26,709 nucleotides of DNA from positions 1 through 26,709 of IMG/VR virus record IMGVR_UViG_3300020045_005585; one strand, given 5' to 3'. The notes under the pieces are model-generated. The model saw only the letters and a list, made by a program, of their open reading frames with translations, was not told where the DNA came from and did not search any database. The translations under genes and the position numbers were made by a program. The stretch is from a virus. Its lineage: Duplodnaviria > Caudoviricetes. Of this stretch, positions 24,940 to 26,709 are shown one piece after another (the first letter of the stretch is position 1; the number at the start of each line of letters is the position of its first letter).

Positions 24940-26103
24940 TTATTCTTGAACGTTGCGGACCCAGTTGACCGAGCCATCCGACAGAATATCCCTGCGGTCA
25001 AGCTGGCCAGTAGGACGATTAACCCGAGCCTGCTCGATAGTGTCATATCCAGCGCCGATACGATCATCACGGTAATGACCATGGTAAGTGCGAAACAGGA
25101 CGGTGACCTCAGCGGGTACCACCTCTTGGACTACTACCGGAGGCGCGGCCGCAAGGAAGACCTCTGCGTTTTCGTGACGGTGAAGGGGTATTTCCGCTGC
25201 GACAGGGGGCTGGATGAACGGCACGATATTCTCTGTCGGCATTTTGAGATACTGTGCGTGCATCACACGGTGACGGTCCTCAGGAGTCCTGTCGAAGATT
25301 AAAGAGATATTCGGCCAAGTAGTAACCCCTGTAACCGTGGCGTATTCACCGTTATTCCAGTTTCCTGAATAGGTGTTCTGACCTACGTACTGGACCCGAT
25401 CACCTACAGCAGGTCGCCAAGCTTCAGGAACTACGGGTTGGTTTAGGTTCAGAACTTCGAACGAGGCCCTGGTAAGAGAGAATTCGATACGCTCCTGTTG
25501 ATCCAAGAAGACATATCGTCCGTCGTAAAACCGAAGTACGGCGAAATCTCTCCCGAATCTGCGAGAGTTCCTGTTCGTGACACGGACTTCCGTCCCGACG
25601 GGAGGATTCACACCTCTATGACCGCCGCCTCTTGTGAAGACAGTTGAGAGGCCAGCGGGAATAGGTCGTGTGTAATGAGCTCGGAGGTCTGTCTGAGCGC
25701 CGATAGGAGGCAGCAGGCCAGTCATCCCCGCTGTCATCACCATGCCGTTCCAGCGGCCTTCTAAAGGCCCTGAGAGGAGATCCTTCCGGCGGTCCATTCT
25801 CGTGAACCTATAGCAGTGGCTTCCGAGATCTCCCTCTGTAGGGTTGACAGGTAAGTTCTGAGTACCGTGATTGCCGTTATGCCAGTGGCCATCAAGGACA
25901 AAGCCAATCTCTGCCATCTTGCCGAGAAGCTCTGGCTTGGCTGCTACCTGTGTCCCGTTGAGAATGATCTCGATGGCCTGTCCCTCGACGACAGCACCAA
26001 CACTCGTGAGCAGATCAGTGACGTCTACCTGTGCCGTAGAAGAGAAACCGTAGATATGTTTTGCACCGCAGCAAGAGCCGCCGTGAATTGCTTGACGTGC
26101 CAT
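24940..26103 (-). CDS. Multidomain hypothetical protein with two SH3/KOW-like modules
   Basis: AAGGAG RBS; N-terminal CCG motif; PPVGTEVRV and PAVGDRVQY repeats. Confidence 0.75.
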   Translation of the reverse strand: MARQAIHGGSCCGAKHIYGFSSTAQVDVTDLLTSVGAVVEGQAIEIILNGTQVAAKPELLGKMAEIGFVLDGHWHNGNHGTQNLPVNPTEGDLGSHCYRFTRMDRRKDLLSGPLEGRWNGMVMTAGMTGLLPPIGAQTDLRAHYTRPIPAGLSTVFTRGGGHRGVNPPVGTEVRVTNRNSRRFGRDFAVLRFYDGRYVFLDQQERIEFSLTRASFEVLNLNQPVVPEAWRPAVGDRVQYVGQNTYSGNWNNGEYATVTGVTTWPNISLIFDRTPEDRHRVMHAQYLKMPTENIVPFIQPPVAAEIPLHRHENAEVFLAAAPPVVVQEVVPAEVTVLFRTYHGHYRDDRIGAGYDTIEQARVNRPTGQLDRRDILSDGSVNWVRNVQE

Positions 26104-26154
26104 CTTTTTAATCTCCTTGATATTACAGGGTTAATTGAATGTCAAGAGAAAAGT

Positions 26155-26709
26155 TTACCACCCCTCCATAGGAAATTCGAGGTAAACGTTTACCTGATTA
26201 CGAATCTCATTATACTTCGGACGGCCAGTCAAGTACCCTGCGTCCCAAGAGAGACGACCGAACCAACGGAAGCCGCGACCGACAGCACGAGTCCCTTGAT
26301 GGAATGAGTGGTAATCGAAATGGATTAGCTGGTTCGACGGAACAGGGACACGCTTCAAAGAGCCTTCCTTGATGTCCTGCTCCACTATCGGGTGCCACTT
26401 CTTGTAGACGACACCATCGACGTGTGGCATGTCAACCTCACCTACAGCAAATTCCGTAGGGCAGATATCCCCGTTCACCAGCGCGAGGATGTGCTTGCTC
26501 TTGAAGTCCGGGTCTTCGTAGTTGGGTTGCCCGTCACCACGCGTCCGAGGCACATCATCATGGTGCCAGCCGGGAATACACGGGTACCATCCCGGCATCA
26601 GCATGTGGACACGGCTGTCGAAGCAGAAAGAGGAGACGTCGTAATCGTAAAAAGCAGGGAACTGAAAAACTTTCTCTAAAAAGGCCTGCGTGATAGGCCC
26701 TCCGTGCTT
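26155..26709 (-). CDS. 2OG-Fe(II) dioxygenase-like protein, 5' end beyond the window
   Basis: Frame is open to the window edge (KHGGPITQAFL...DSRVHMLMPG); WHHD, distal H (SFHQG) and R (FRWFGR) fit the HxD...H...R pattern. Confidence 0.65.
   Translation of the reverse strand, partial: KHGGPITQAFLEKVFQFPAFYDYDVSSFCFDSRVHMLMPGWYPCIPGWHHDDVPRTRGDGQPNYEDPDFKSKHILALVNGDICPTEFAVGEVDMPHVDGVVYKKWHPIVEQDIKEGSLKRVPVPSNQLIHFDYHSFHQGTRAVGRGFRWFGRLSWDAGYLTGRPKYNEIRNQVNVYLEFPMEGW

Noticed and set aside
26117-26145. Minus-strand promoter before the 387-aa gene
   Set aside because: TTGACA is present, but there is no good -10 at proper spacing and it would overlap the RBS.
1-26709. Stop-codon reassignment, integrase or phage RNA polymerase
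   Set aside because: Genes read intact in the standard code with dense packing; no such genes are in this window.

Overview
This is a fragment of a lytic, podovirus-like dsDNA phage of a Gram-negative host, built as two convergent arms in the manner of Zobellviridae/PaP3/phiEco32-type genomes (taxonomy is inference). The + arm (1-4187) carries the end of a large virion protein and a holin / SAR-endolysin / embedded two-component spanin cassette, closed by a bidirectional terminator. The - arm (4246-26709) carries class II ribonucleotide reductase, nucleotide-metabolism genes, nucleases, SSB, a T7-like family A DNA polymerase, primase-helicase, a nucleotidyltransferase and a peptide-ligase cluster. 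That cluster comprises an ATP-grasp ligase, two COOH-NH2 ligases, class II and class I glutamine amidotransferases and a 2OG-Fe(II)-like protein. The most notable features not shown in the ORF track are: (1) a dnaX-style -1 frameshift signal and a protein-like, start-less -1 frame inside the class II amidotransferase, implying up to three isoforms; (2) a 68-nt CCA-ending tRNA mimic with a shrunken anticodon arm; (3) a start-poor acidic frame overlapping the nucleotidyltransferase end in -1; (4) paired substitutions at the polymerase steric gate and O-helix; (5) a perfect antisense sigma70 promoter; (6) TTG starts across the replication module. All calls come from reading motifs by eye; no searches were run.
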